A DNA stretch of 64,000 nt from an uncultured Actinomycetes bacterium (GCA_963767005.1 CAVYCN010000012.1:64001-128000), one strand, 5' to 3'. Shown: positions 20,062 through 29,568, counted from the first letter of the stretch. The notes: generated from the sequence alone by a model not told the origin. Numbers and translations: made by a program.

Positions 20062-21147
20062 CTACAGGGTCCTCGTGACCTTGTGCAGCCCGCGCGGCCT
20101 GTCGGGGTCGTAGCCGCGCGCCTCGGCCAGACGCGCGGCCAGCAGCTGACCCGGCACGATCGCGGCAAGCGGCGACAGCGGCTCCGGAGGCGTCTGCGGC
20201 AGGTGCAGGCAGCGCCTTCTGGCGCTCTCGCCCTTGGCGCGCTCGCTCACGGCGCGCTCGTTTGCCGCTGCGCCCGCCGCACCGTGTGCGCCCTCGACGA
20301 CGACGATCTCCGCGCCGCGCTGCAGCAGGTCGCCCTCGAGGCGGTGCATGGCCGGGAGCGCCCGACCGGGGAGCGAGAACAGCAGGGCCGGATAGCCCGG
20401 CTCGACCATCGCGATGGGGCCGTGCATGAGATCGGCCGCCGAGTAGGGCATGGCCGCGATGTACGAGGTCTCCTTGAGCTTGAGCGCGGTCTCGAGCGCC
20501 GTCGCGAAGTTGTAGCCGCGCGCGGCGACCAGCAGTCGCTCGCTGAAACGCAGCCATTGCGCGATCTCGCCGATCGCGGCGTCGAGCGACAGCGCGGCCC
20601 GCATCGCGGCGGGCACCGCGTCGCGCAGCGCGGCGAGCAGCGCCGCGTCGTCGCACCACGTCGCCCAGAACAGGGCGAGCGCCGCGAGCTGGCTCGTGTA
20701 GGTCTTGGTCGCGGCCACGGCGCGCTCGCGTCCGGCGCGGGTCGGCAGCACGGCGTGGGCGTGCCGCGCGAGCAGGCTGTCGTCGTCGTTGGTGATGGCC
20801 ACCGTGAAGGCGCCCGCGACGCGCGCGTGCGCGACGTACTCGGCGACGTCGGGCGTCTCGCCGCTCTGGCTGATGCCGACGACGAGGCACTCGCGCAGAT
20901 CAGCGGGCCTGTCGTACACGGTGGCCGAGCTCGGGACCGCGAGGCCGGCGGGCACGCCGGCGTGGATCGTCGCCAGGTACTTGCCGTACACGGCCGCGTT
21001 GTCGCTCGTGCCGCGGGCCGCGTAGAGCACGAAGCGGGCGCCGGCGGCGCGCGCGCCGGCGACGGCCGCGCGATAGGGAGCGAGGTCGGCCGCGAGGCGA
21101 GCGACGATGTCGGGCTGCTCGAAGATCTCGTCGCGCATCAAGCTCAC
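20062..21147 (-). CDS. Two-SIS-domain sugar-phosphate deaminase/isomerase (GlmS C-terminal-like)
   Basis: RGTSDNA, ISQSGETPD, AVAATKTY, ALKLKE, HGP, PRGLHKVT. Confidence 0.9.
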   Translation of the reverse strand: MSLMRDEIFEQPDIVARLAADLAPYRAAVAGARAAGARFVLYAARGTSDNAAVYGKYLATIHAGVPAGLAVPSSATVYDRPADLRECLVVGISQSGETPDVAEYVAHARVAGAFTVAITNDDDSLLARHAHAVLPTRAGRERAVAATKTYTSQLAALALFWATWCDDAALLAALRDAVPAAMRAALSLDAAIGEIAQWLRFSERLLVAARGYNFATALETALKLKETSYIAAMPYSAADLMHGPIAMVEPGYPALLFSLPGRALPAMHRLEGDLLQRGAEIVVVEGAHGAAGAAANERAVSERAKGESARRRCLHLPQTPPEPLSPLAAIVPGQLLAARLAEARGYDPDRPRGLHKVTRTL

Positions 21148-21206
21148 GGCTCTCTCGTCTCCTGTCTCGCCCGCCGTGGCCGGCGGCATCGCGCCCGACC
21201 AGCCTA

Positions 21207-21221
21207 GTATACCGATTATAC
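21207..21221. promoter_or_regulatory. Putative GntR operator copy 3 (AGTATA-CCGAT-TATACT)
   Basis: Perfect 6-bp inverted repeat upstream of the SIS gene. Confidence 0.65.
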
Positions 21222-21288
21222 TGACCTTTCGCGCTGCGCGGCGCTTTCACTCGTGATCGTCCGCGCGGTCGACTTCCGGCCGGCTCGC

Positions 21289-21337
21289 CTTTATAGGGTC
21301 TTGACGGCGACGGCGCCCCCGTTCACGGGTCCTTACG
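21289..21337 (+). promoter_or_regulatory. Orphan copy of the kdp-promoter tandem-repeat motif
   Basis: cTTTATA-N4-cTTGACG-N14-gTTCACG-N3-cCTTACG, then CATCAT as -10 candidate (21349-21354). Confidence 0.6.
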
Positions 21338-21360
21338 CCCGGCGCTGCCATCATCGCAAC

Positions 21361-21515
21361 GACGCCCCGCCGTCTCTCTGTCCCCGGCGGGGCGCCGGCT
21401 CGCAAGGGCACGGGCGACCCGCTCGCCGGCGCCGTCGCGACGCTCGGACTTCGGCCCTCCCCCGTGGGGCCGGACAACAAGGCCGCCGGGCCGCAAGGCC
21501 CGGCGGCCTTGTTTT
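21361..21515 (+). ncRNA. Candidate small RNA (~155 nt)
   Basis: Promoter motif upstream; hairpins with CU-rich loops; GCAA tetraloops; 17-bp-stem terminator with T-run. Confidence 0.5.
21476..21515 (+). terminator. Intrinsic terminator
   Basis: AACAAGGCCGCCGGGCC-GCAA-GGCCCGGCGGCCTTGTT-TT. Confidence 0.8.
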
Positions 21516-21539
21516 GCGTGAGGTCGACGGAGACGACGC

Positions 21540-21583
21540 GACGGGCCCGGCGGGGCGGCTTTGGCCGCCCCGCCGGGCCCGTC
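21540..21583 (-). terminator. 20-bp-stem hairpin downstream of SBP copy 2
   Basis: GACGGGCCCGGCGGGGCGGC-TTTG-GCCGCCCCGCCGGGCCCGTC. Confidence 0.6.
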
Positions 21584-21607
21584 CGGCCGATCACGCCTGT
21601 CGCGCGG

Positions 21608-23305
21608 CTACTTGGTGATCCAGTAATGCTCGAAGTCGAAGATCCACACCGGGTGCAGGTAGACGCCGCCGGTGCGCCTGGAGTGCAGTGTGGTCACGGT
21701 CTCCTGGTACAGGGGCACGCCCGGCATCTGCTGCATGATGTAGGACTGGATGTCCTGGAACTTCGCCAGGCGCGCCGCCGGGTCGGTCATGACCTGAGCG
21801 CTGGTCATGTCGGTCTCGACCTTCGGATCCCACCAGAAGCTGGGGTTCGTGCCCTCGTCGATCGCCGAGCTCCTGCTGAACAGGCTGACGATGTAGTCGA
21901 ACGGATCGGGGTAGTCCATCCACCAGTCGTTCAGGCCGAGACCGACTGCGCCCTTCTTGCCGATCAGTGTCCAGTACGCCGGCTCGTCGAGCAGCTTGAT
22001 GTTCGCCTTGATGCCCACCTGGGCGAGGTCGTACTGGATGGACTGGATCACGGTGGGCCACGGCGCGACGTTGTGCGAGTACAGGGTCGTGCTGAAGCCG
22101 TTGGGGAAGCCGGCCTGACTCAGGAGCTGCTTGGCCTTGGCCGGGTCGTAGCCGTAAAAGTTGCCGGCGGCGCCGTCGACGTGGCCGGGCAGACCGGCGG
22201 GGTAGATCTGGTTGAGCGGCAGGGCCGTGCCCGAAAGCAGCTTGACGATCTTGGCGCGATCGATGGTCCAGGCGATCGCCTGACGCACCAGCAGGTTATC
22301 GAACGGCTTGACCGTCATGTTGAAGAACAGGTAGTCGAGCGCGATCGCCGGCTCCTGGACCACCTGGCTCTTCCACTGCGGGCTCGCGACCAGGCCCGGG
22401 TACTTCGACGGCGGGATATAGTTGCCGAGCAGGTCGGCGTCGCCGTCCTGCACCTTGAGCACGGCCGTGTCCGGCGTGATCGAGAAGTCGAACTGGATCT
22501 TGTCGACGTACCCCGCGGTGCCCGTGTAGTTCGTATTGCGCACAAGCAGCAGGTCCTGGCTCGCGGTCCAGTGGTCGCACACGTAGGGGCCCGTGCCGAG
22601 GGGGTGCCGGCCGACCTGCTTGCCCCACTTGGCGACCCACTCCCTGGCCACGGGCGCGCTGAAGGGCATCTCCATGATGTTGAGGAACGTGGCGATCGGC
22701 TTCTCGAGGTCGACCTCGAGGGTGTACGTGCCGGTCGCCTTGTAGCCGGTGATCGTCTTGGCCTTGCCGTCGAGGAACGCCTGCAGGCCGACGATGCCGG
22801 TGTAGTAGCCCTTCGCCGGGGCGGTCGGCAGGCTCATCATGCGCTGGAAGCTGTAGACGAAGTCGGCCGCCGTGACCTCGCGGTTCACCGGCGGGGCGAA
22901 CTTGATGCCCGGCCTGATGTGGAAGATGTAGGTCTTGCCGCCGTTTGTGATGCCGCCGTTGGCCACGGTCGGGACCTCCGTCGCCATGTCGGCGATGACC
23001 TTCGTGCCGGCGGCGCCTGGGCCGCTCGTGTAGTTCAGCAGGTTGCCGAAGATGGCGTGCTCGATGGCCCAGCCGTTGCCCTCGAAATCGATCGCCGGAT
23101 CGAGCGTCTGTGGCTCGTTCTGGAACGCGACGACGAGCGTGCCGCCGCGCTGCGGCGTGGTCGCCGACGTCGCGCTCGCGCCGCCGCCGCCGCCCGACGA
23201 GCTGCCGCAGGCGACCAGTCCGAGAGCACACACGACCAGCACGACGAGCAGGCCACCGACGACGCCGGCGGCAGGCCGGCGCGCGTCCCTGAGGAAGGCA
23301 GTCAT
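21608..23305 (-). CDS. ABC transporter family-5 substrate-binding lipoprotein, copy 2
   Basis: Close paralogue of 18255..19988; lipobox LVAC. Confidence 0.92.
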   Translation of the reverse strand: MTAFLRDARRPAAGVVGGLLVVLVVCALGLVACGSSSGGGGGASATSATTPQRGGTLVVAFQNEPQTLDPAIDFEGNGWAIEHAIFGNLLNYTSGPGAAGTKVIADMATEVPTVANGGITNGGKTYIFHIRPGIKFAPPVNREVTAADFVYSFQRMMSLPTAPAKGYYTGIVGLQAFLDGKAKTITGYKATGTYTLEVDLEKPIATFLNIMEMPFSAPVAREWVAKWGKQVGRHPLGTGPYVCDHWTASQDLLLVRNTNYTGTAGYVDKIQFDFSITPDTAVLKVQDGDADLLGNYIPPSKYPGLVASPQWKSQVVQEPAIALDYLFFNMTVKPFDNLLVRQAIAWTIDRAKIVKLLSGTALPLNQIYPAGLPGHVDGAAGNFYGYDPAKAKQLLSQAGFPNGFSTTLYSHNVAPWPTVIQSIQYDLAQVGIKANIKLLDEPAYWTLIGKKGAVGLGLNDWWMDYPDPFDYIVSLFSRSSAIDEGTNPSFWWDPKVETDMTSAQVMTDPAARLAKFQDIQSYIMQQMPGVPLYQETVTTLHSRRTGGVYLHPVWIFDFEHYWITK

Positions 23306-23400
23306 GAAAGCTCCTTTCGCGACCCCTGCCGGCCCCTCACGACCGGTGCGCTTACGTTAGCATAGGGACATACGACACGACGCCCGAGGAGCTGCTCACC

Positions 23401-24564
23401 GTGGGACCGACCGACGCCGATCTGCTCGACCTGCTCTGCGACCTGGTCGCGATCGATTCGACCAACCCCGGTCTCGTGCCGGGAGCGGCCGGCGAAGACA
23501 AGCTCGTGCGCTTCCTCGCCCGGCGGCTCACGGCCGCCGGCCTGCAGGTCGACGTCTGGGAGCCGCGCCGCCGGCGCCCGAACTTCGTCGCCGTGCTGCC
23601 CGGCCATGGCGAGGGCGCTCCCAGCCTCATGCTGGTGAGCCACCTCGACGTGGTCGGCGCACCGCCCGAGCTGTTCACGCCGCAGGTGCGCAACGGCCGC
23701 CTCTACGGCCGCGGCAGCAACGACATGAAGGCCGGCCTGGCCGCGGCCGTGACCGTCGCCGAGCGCCTCGCGGCCGAACGGCGCGCAGCCGGCGGCAGGT
23801 CGCCGCTGCGCGGCGACCTGCTGATCGCCGGCTGCGCCGACGAGGAATGGGAGAGCTTCGGCGCCGAGGCGCTCGTGCAGCGCTACCATCCCCAGGCCGC
23901 CATCCTGCCCGAGTGCACCGACCTCGACGTCACGGTGGAGCACGGCGGCTTCGCCTGGTTCGCCCTCGAGAGCACAGGCGTCGAGTCGGCCGGCGCCGAA
24001 CCCGAGAAGGGCGTCGACGCCATCGCCCTGCTCGGCCCGGTGCTCGCCGGCATCGCCGCCCTCGACCGCGAGCTGGCGGCGCGTCCGGCGGCCGAGTACG
24101 GGCGCGGCTCCATCCACGCCTCGACGATCGAAGGCGGCACGCAGCTGCCCGCCTACCCCGGGCTCTGCCGCCTGGGCGTCGAGCGCTGCCTGATCGCCGG
24201 AGAGTCGGTCGCCCAGTCGCGGGCCGAGATCGACGCGCTGCTCGCCGCGGCGCACGCGGTCGACCCGCGCTTCGATGCCACAAGCCGGCTCGTCGTGGGC
24301 CGCGAGCCGGTGGCCCTGCGGCGCGACGACCCCGTGGTCCTCGCGCTCGTCGGGGCCGCCGCCGAGGAGCTCGGCCACCCGCCGGTCGTGCGCGGCGACA
24401 TCGGCTGGGCCGACTCCGGCATCTTCGCCGAGGCCGGCATCCCCTGCGCCCAGTTCGGCCCGATCGGCGACGGCGAGCACACCGCCGGCGAGTGGGTCGA
24501 CGTCGAGTCGGTCGCCCTCGTGGCGCGCGCCCTCGAGCGCGCCGTGCGGGCTTACTGCTCCTGA
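23401..24564 (+). CDS. M20A metallo-amidohydrolase (ArgE/DapE-like)
   Basis: SHLDVV, GRGSNDMKAG, DEE, C-terminal His. Confidence 0.9.
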   Translation: MGPTDADLLDLLCDLVAIDSTNPGLVPGAAGEDKLVRFLARRLTAAGLQVDVWEPRRRRPNFVAVLPGHGEGAPSLMLVSHLDVVGAPPELFTPQVRNGRLYGRGSNDMKAGLAAAVTVAERLAAERRAAGGRSPLRGDLLIAGCADEEWESFGAEALVQRYHPQAAILPECTDLDVTVEHGGFAWFALESTGVESAGAEPEKGVDAIALLGPVLAGIAALDRELAARPAAEYGRGSIHASTIEGGTQLPAYPGLCRLGVERCLIAGESVAQSRAEIDALLAAAHAVDPRFDATSRLVVGREPVALRRDDPVVLALVGAAAEELGHPPVVRGDIGWADSGIFAEAGIPCAQFGPIGDGEHTAGEWVDVESVALVARALERAVRAYCS

Positions 24565-24614
24565 GCCCGCGCGCGCCACGCCCCGGCGGGCGCGCGTGGG
24601 GTATGGTGACGAAC

Positions 24615-25337
24615 ATGATCAGAGCCGTGACGCTCGACTTCTGGAACACGCTGATGGACGACTTCCACCTGTCGTCGCGCCAGGAGCTGCGCACGCTGCG
24701 CCTGCGCGAGATCGTGGCGCCCTACGGCTACTCGCCCGACCCCGACGCCATCGAGACCGCCTTCGACGAGGTGTGGCGGCGCTTCGACCGCGTCTGGCTC
24801 AAGAAGAAGCGCACGCCGATCACCGCCGAGTCGGTCGACGTCCTGCTACACGCGCTGCGCATCCGCCTGCCGGCGCCCGCCGTCGCGCAGGTCGTGACCA
24901 TGCTTGAGGAGGTCGCGCTCGACCACCCGCCGCGCACCGTGGCGGGCGTGCCGGAGACGCTGCCCGCTCTCGCCGAGCGCTATGCCCTCGCCGTCGTCTG
25001 CGACGCCGCCCTGACCCCCGGCCGCGTGCTGCGCAAGGTGCTCGCCCTGCACGGCCTCGAGCGGTACTTCGGCGCGTTCTTCTTCTCCGACGAGCACGGC
25101 TGGTCCAAGCCCGACCCGCGCGCCTTCCTCACGCCGCTCGCCGAGCTGGGCATAGCGCCGTCCGAGGCCGTGCACGTCGGCGACATCCAGCGCACCGACA
25201 TCGCCGGGGCGCAGGACGCGGGGCTGCGCGCCGTGCACTTCGTCGGTGTGAACTCGTCCGATCTGCCGAGCTCGACGGCCGACGCCGTCGCCTTCCGTTT
25301 CAGCGAGCTGCCGGCCGTCATCGCCCGTCTCGGGTAA
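24615..25337 (+). CDS. HAD-superfamily hydrolase
   Basis: MIRAVTLDFWNTL, SKPDP, HVGDIQRTDIAGA. Confidence 0.88.
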   Translation: MIRAVTLDFWNTLMDDFHLSSRQELRTLRLREIVAPYGYSPDPDAIETAFDEVWRRFDRVWLKKKRTPITAESVDVLLHALRIRLPAPAVAQVVTMLEEVALDHPPRTVAGVPETLPALAERYALAVVCDAALTPGRVLRKVLALHGLERYFGAFFFSDEHGWSKPDPRAFLTPLAELGIAPSEAVHVGDIQRTDIAGAQDAGLRAVHFVGVNSSDLPSSTADAVAFRFSELPAVIARLG

Positions 25338-25345
25338 CGCGACCC

Positions 25346-26137
25346 GTGCTCGAGGCGAACGCCGCCACCCTCGTCGCCTGGTCGCTCGCCGCGCTGCTCG
25401 TCGCCATCGGCATCGTCGTCGTCGCCCGTCGCCGGCTGCCGCGGGCAACGGGCGCTCGAGCGCCGGTCGCCCGGCGCCGCCGCCTCACCCCGCTCCTGCT
25501 CGCGATCGGCGTGCCGGCCGCCGTGTTCGCCGTGGTCGCGGCCCTCGTCGTCGCGGGGGACACGCGCGGCTGGGACCTGTCGGTCCTGCACCTCGCGGCG
25601 CGCCACCAGCAGCGCCTGGCCGTCGACACGGCGACGGCGGTGACCACGCTCGGCGCGCTGCCGGTCGTTCTCTTGCTGCTGGCCGCGGCGCTGGTCGCGC
25701 TGCTCTCCCGACGCCGTCTCCGCGAGGCCGCGTTCGTGCTCGCCGCCAGCCTGGCGGCGATGGCCGCCAGCGGCCTCGGCAAGGTCGCCTTCGACCGGCC
25801 GCGTCCGCTGGTCTTCTCGAGCGGTCACGACTGGTCGTTCCTGACCGGCACGAGCGACTGGTCGTTCCCCAGCGGGCACACGATGGGAATCACGGGCCTG
25901 GTGGCGGCGCTCGTCGTCGCGCTGTGGCCCACGCCCTGGCGCTGGCCCGCGCTCGTCGTCGCGCTGCTCGTCAGCGCCGGCGTGGGGGTCACCCGCGTCT
26001 ACCTCGGCGCGCACTTTCCCACCGACGTGATCGCGGGCTGGGCCCTCGCGGTCGCGGTCGTGGGCGTGACCCGGCTGGCGTTCGGGGAGGCTCTGGGCGG
26101 GCGCGGTGGGGATGGGCTTCGCGACCCGCTCATGTAG
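25346..26137 (+). CDS. PAP2-family phosphatase
   Basis: K...RPRP, SFPSGH, TRVYLGAHFPTDV. Confidence 0.9.
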   Translation: MLEANAATLVAWSLAALLVAIGIVVVARRRLPRATGARAPVARRRRLTPLLLAIGVPAAVFAVVAALVVAGDTRGWDLSVLHLAARHQQRLAVDTATAVTTLGALPVVLLLLAAALVALLSRRRLREAAFVLAASLAAMAASGLGKVAFDRPRPLVFSSGHDWSFLTGTSDWSFPSGHTMGITGLVAALVVALWPTPWRWPALVVALLVSAGVGVTRVYLGAHFPTDVIAGWALAVAVVGVTRLAFGEALGGRGGDGLRDPLM

Positions 26138-26146
26138 ACTCCAAGC

Positions 26147-27892
26147 ATGACGCCCCCCGACCCGCAAGAGCCGACGACACTCGTGGGTCGCCCCTCTGGA
26201 TCCGACGAGGCTCCCCCCGACTCAGGCGAGCCGGTGTCTCGAGACCCGCATGGTCCGACCGCCGATCCGGGGCGCGACGGCACTCGCCGGCGCAGTCGCA
26301 CCGCCCTCGTCGTGCTGGTCATCGCGGCCGCCGTCATCCTGGGCGGCGGCCTCCGCCTGGACAGCATCAGTCACAAGCACGGCCTGCACGTCGACGAGGC
26401 GTGGTCGTACATCACGGCGACCGGCCATCTCGGCAACTTCGATACCGGCTCCGGCGAACCCCTGGCGCGCTGGGTGCCGGCCGCGAGCTGGCAGGCCCTC
26501 TGGCACCCCGGCGCGGTCGTCGACTTTCGCCAGATCTCGCTCGACCTCGCCCATTACGACGTCCACCCGGCCCTCTACTTCTGGGTGCTGCACGTCTGGG
26601 TGGAATTCTTCGGGGTGAACGTCAGGTCGGGGCCGCTGCTCAACCTCTTGATCGACCTCGCCACGGGGGCCGCCCTCTTCGGGCTGGCCCGCCGCCTCCT
26701 GCACGACCCGCTGCCGGCCGCCCTGGTCGCACTCACCTGGGCGGTCAGCCCCGCGGTCAGGCTGACCTCGAGCATGGCCCGCATGTACCCGTTGCTGGCG
26801 CTCTTTGCCGTGCTCTTCGTCTGGCTGCTGCTGATCGCGGCCGAGCGAGGACGTGTCCCGCGTCGCCCGCTGCTGGTGCTCGTCCTGCTCGCACTCGCGA
26901 CCGCCGGCGGCATGCTCACCCAGTACCAGTTCATCCTGATCGTCGCCGGCGGGGTCCTGCTCGCCGTCGCCTGGCTCGCGCGTGCCGAGCTGCGCCGCTG
27001 CCTCGGCGTCCTTGCCGCGCTGGCCGGCGGCCTCGTCCTCACCGCCCTCGTCCAACCCGGCGTCTACGCACAGTTCCGCCGCGAGCAGGCCAAGCCCCAG
27101 GTGCACGTGACGCCGGCGGCCTTCGTCGACAAGGTCGACGGCGCCGCCGGCTGTCTGTTCGACTTCTTCGGCCTCGACCGGCCCTGGTTCACGCACACGA
27201 TCGACAAGGTCGTGCGCCTCGACGGGCTCATGCCGGGCCATCACCTGAGCGCGCTCGCGCTGCTTGCTTTCTGGCTCGTCGTCGCGGCCGCCGTGGCGCT
27301 GCCGGTCCCGGCCGTGAGGCGCTGGCTCTGGCGGCGGGACAGGACGGGCTGGCTCGCCTTCGTCCTGATCGCCTGGATCGCCGGCACGATCGTGCTGCAG
27401 AACCTGGCCTTCCTCAGCCAACCGAAGGTGCTCAGCCCCCGCTACCTCGCCGTCGCCTGGCCGTTCCTGGCGTTCATGCCTCTCCTGCTTGCCCGTTTCG
27501 CCACCCGGCGCGCCGCCGGCCTGGTCGCGGTCTCCTTCGTGCTCGTCTGCTCGGTGGCACTTGTCTGGGGACCGCTGAACTACGCCTCGTCGCCCGGCCC
27601 GGGGCGTCTCCTTGCGTCGGCCCATCGAGCCGTGATCGACTGCCCCATCCCCGGGGCCCTGCCGATCGTGATGTGGAGCATGCCGGCGCAGGCACAGGTG
27701 TATGTGGCACCTCCCGGGCAGCTCCTGAACGATCCCGCGCCGTGGATCGACGTGCTCGGCCCGGGCGACTACTACGTGCACCGCGACAACGGCAAGGCGA
27801 ACCCCCTGGCGCTGCTGCAGTCGCGCCATGCGCTGGCTCTCGCAGCGCCCGCGCGCAGCAAGATCTACGTCTACGAGCTGCGCCGGCCCTGA
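26147..27892 (+). CDS. GT-C fold membrane glycosyltransferase (PMT/ArnT-like)
   Basis: HVDEAWS after TM1, DVHPALYF, ARMYPL, many TM segments. Confidence 0.7.
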   Translation: MTPPDPQEPTTLVGRPSGSDEAPPDSGEPVSRDPHGPTADPGRDGTRRRSRTALVVLVIAAAVILGGGLRLDSISHKHGLHVDEAWSYITATGHLGNFDTGSGEPLARWVPAASWQALWHPGAVVDFRQISLDLAHYDVHPALYFWVLHVWVEFFGVNVRSGPLLNLLIDLATGAALFGLARRLLHDPLPAALVALTWAVSPAVRLTSSMARMYPLLALFAVLFVWLLLIAAERGRVPRRPLLVLVLLALATAGGMLTQYQFILIVAGGVLLAVAWLARAELRRCLGVLAALAGGLVLTALVQPGVYAQFRREQAKPQVHVTPAAFVDKVDGAAGCLFDFFGLDRPWFTHTIDKVVRLDGLMPGHHLSALALLAFWLVVAAAVALPVPAVRRWLWRRDRTGWLAFVLIAWIAGTIVLQNLAFLSQPKVLSPRYLAVAWPFLAFMPLLLARFATRRAAGLVAVSFVLVCSVALVWGPLNYASSPGPGRLLASAHRAVIDCPIPGALPIVMWSMPAQAQVYVAPPGQLLNDPAPWIDVLGPGDYYVHRDNGKANPLALLQSRHALALAAPARSKIYVYELRRP

Positions 27893-27942
27893 CGCTTCGT
27901 CGGGGTCGCACGGCGACCCACCGCCACGAGCTTGTCCTGGGG

Positions 27943-29478
27943 TCAGACCAGACCGGCGGCCACGACGAGCCGTCCCGCGGCCTCGTTGCGGCCGAGCGCC
28001 CAGAGCGATTCGAACAGCCCCGGCGTGACGGGCTGACCGCTCATGCCGAGCCGCAGCGCGGCGAAGACGTCGCGCGGCTTGGCGCCGAGCTCGGCCGGCA
28101 GGGCACGGACGGCCTCCTCGACGCGCTCGACGTCGTAGCGCTCGAGACCGGCCAGGCGTACCGACGCCTCGAGCAGGATGCGACGCGCGTCGGGCAGGGC
28201 GGCGAGGCGCGCGCGAGCGTCGTCGTCGAGGGCGAGAGGCGTGAACATCCAGCCGGCGAGGCGCAGGAAGTCGGCGAGCACCTCCATCTTCTCCTGCACG
28301 AAGGGCGTGACGAGGGCGGTGAGCCGCTCCTGCTCGTCGCCGGGCGGCAGGGCCACGAGCTCGCCGGCCCCAACGGCTGCGGCCAAGGCGGCATCGCCGC
28401 CGGCCGCCAGCAGTCGCACCGCCGGCGGTTGCCCGTAGAAGCCGACGCGCTCCAGGTAGGCGCGCACGCGGCCGGCGAGGTCGGCCGGCTCGAGCGCGCG
28501 GATGAAGCGGCCGTTCATCCAGCGCAGCTTGTCGGGGTCGAAGATGCTCGGGCTCGTACCGAGCGCTTCGACGTCGAAGTGCGCCACCAGGTCGGCGAGC
28601 GTCCAGCCGACCATCGACTCGTCGAACTCGGTCGACAGGAAGCACAGGTAGTTGCGTACGACCTCGACCAGGAAGCCCATCGCCGTGAGCTGCTCGAGAT
28701 TGGTCGCACCGTGGCGCTTGGACAGCTTCTTGCGGTCGGTGCCGAACAGCAGCGGCATGTGCAGGAAGCGCGGCGGCGGCGCGCCCAGGGCCTCGTAGAT
28801 CAGCACCTGCCTGGGCGTGTTGGAGATGTGGTCATCGCCGCGGATCACGTGCGTGATGTCCATGGTCACGTCGTCGACGACGACGGCCAGGTTGTAGGTG
28901 ACGGTGCCGTCTGAGCGCTGCACGATGAAGTCGCCGATCGTCTCATTGCCCACCTCGACCGGTCCCCGCAGCAGGTCGTCGAACGTCGTGGTGCCGGGTC
29001 GCACCCGGAAACGCAGCGTCCATGGCTCGCCGGCCGCCTTGCGGCGCGCCACCTCGGCGGCCGGCAGGTCGCGGCAGGCGCCGCTGTAGACCCAGGCGCG
29101 CTTGTCGGCCTGGGCCGCAAGGCGCTCGGCCTCGAGCTGCTCGGGCGTGTGGAAGCAGGTGTAGAGGTGACCGGCGGCGAGCAGCCGGTCGATGAACGAC
29201 TGGTAGATCGCGCGGCGCTCGGTCTGACGGTAGGGACCGTGGCCGCCGGGCTTCTCGGGGCCCTCGTCCCAGTCGAGCTGCATCTCACGCAGCGAGCGCA
29301 GGATCTGGGCGATTGCCTCGTCGGTCGAGCGCGAGGGGTCGGTGTCCTCGATGCGCAGCACGAAGGCGCCGTGCTGACGGCGCGCGTAGATGTAGTTGTA
29401 CAGGGCGGTGCGCGCCCCGCCGAGGTGCAGGTAGCCGGTGGGTGAGGGCGCGAAGCGCACGCGGACGGGCTCGGTCAT
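27943..29478 (-). CDS. gltX: Glutamate--tRNA ligase
   Basis: RFAPSPTGYLHLGG, KKLSKR. Confidence 0.96.
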   Translation of the reverse strand: MTEPVRVRFAPSPTGYLHLGGARTALYNYIYARRQHGAFVLRIEDTDPSRSTDEAIAQILRSLREMQLDWDEGPEKPGGHGPYRQTERRAIYQSFIDRLLAAGHLYTCFHTPEQLEAERLAAQADKRAWVYSGACRDLPAAEVARRKAAGEPWTLRFRVRPGTTTFDDLLRGPVEVGNETIGDFIVQRSDGTVTYNLAVVVDDVTMDITHVIRGDDHISNTPRQVLIYEALGAPPPRFLHMPLLFGTDRKKLSKRHGATNLEQLTAMGFLVEVVRNYLCFLSTEFDESMVGWTLADLVAHFDVEALGTSPSIFDPDKLRWMNGRFIRALEPADLAGRVRAYLERVGFYGQPPAVRLLAAGGDAALAAAVGAGELVALPPGDEQERLTALVTPFVQEKMEVLADFLRLAGWMFTPLALDDDARARLAALPDARRILLEASVRLAGLERYDVERVEEAVRALPAELGAKPRDVFAALRLGMSGQPVTPGLFESLWALGRNEAAGRLVVAAGLV

Positions 29479-29568
29479 GGTGGCCCATTGTACCCCAGCG
29501 GACCGGAGCGGCGACGTGGCCTGCCGAACGGCGTCGCTGGGAGGCGGCCGGTCGGCCGGCAGCCGGCG

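Noticed and set aside
23355-23380. Fourth GntR operator upstream of SBP2 (GCATA-GGGA-CATAC)
   Set aside because: Spacing is one base short with two mismatches
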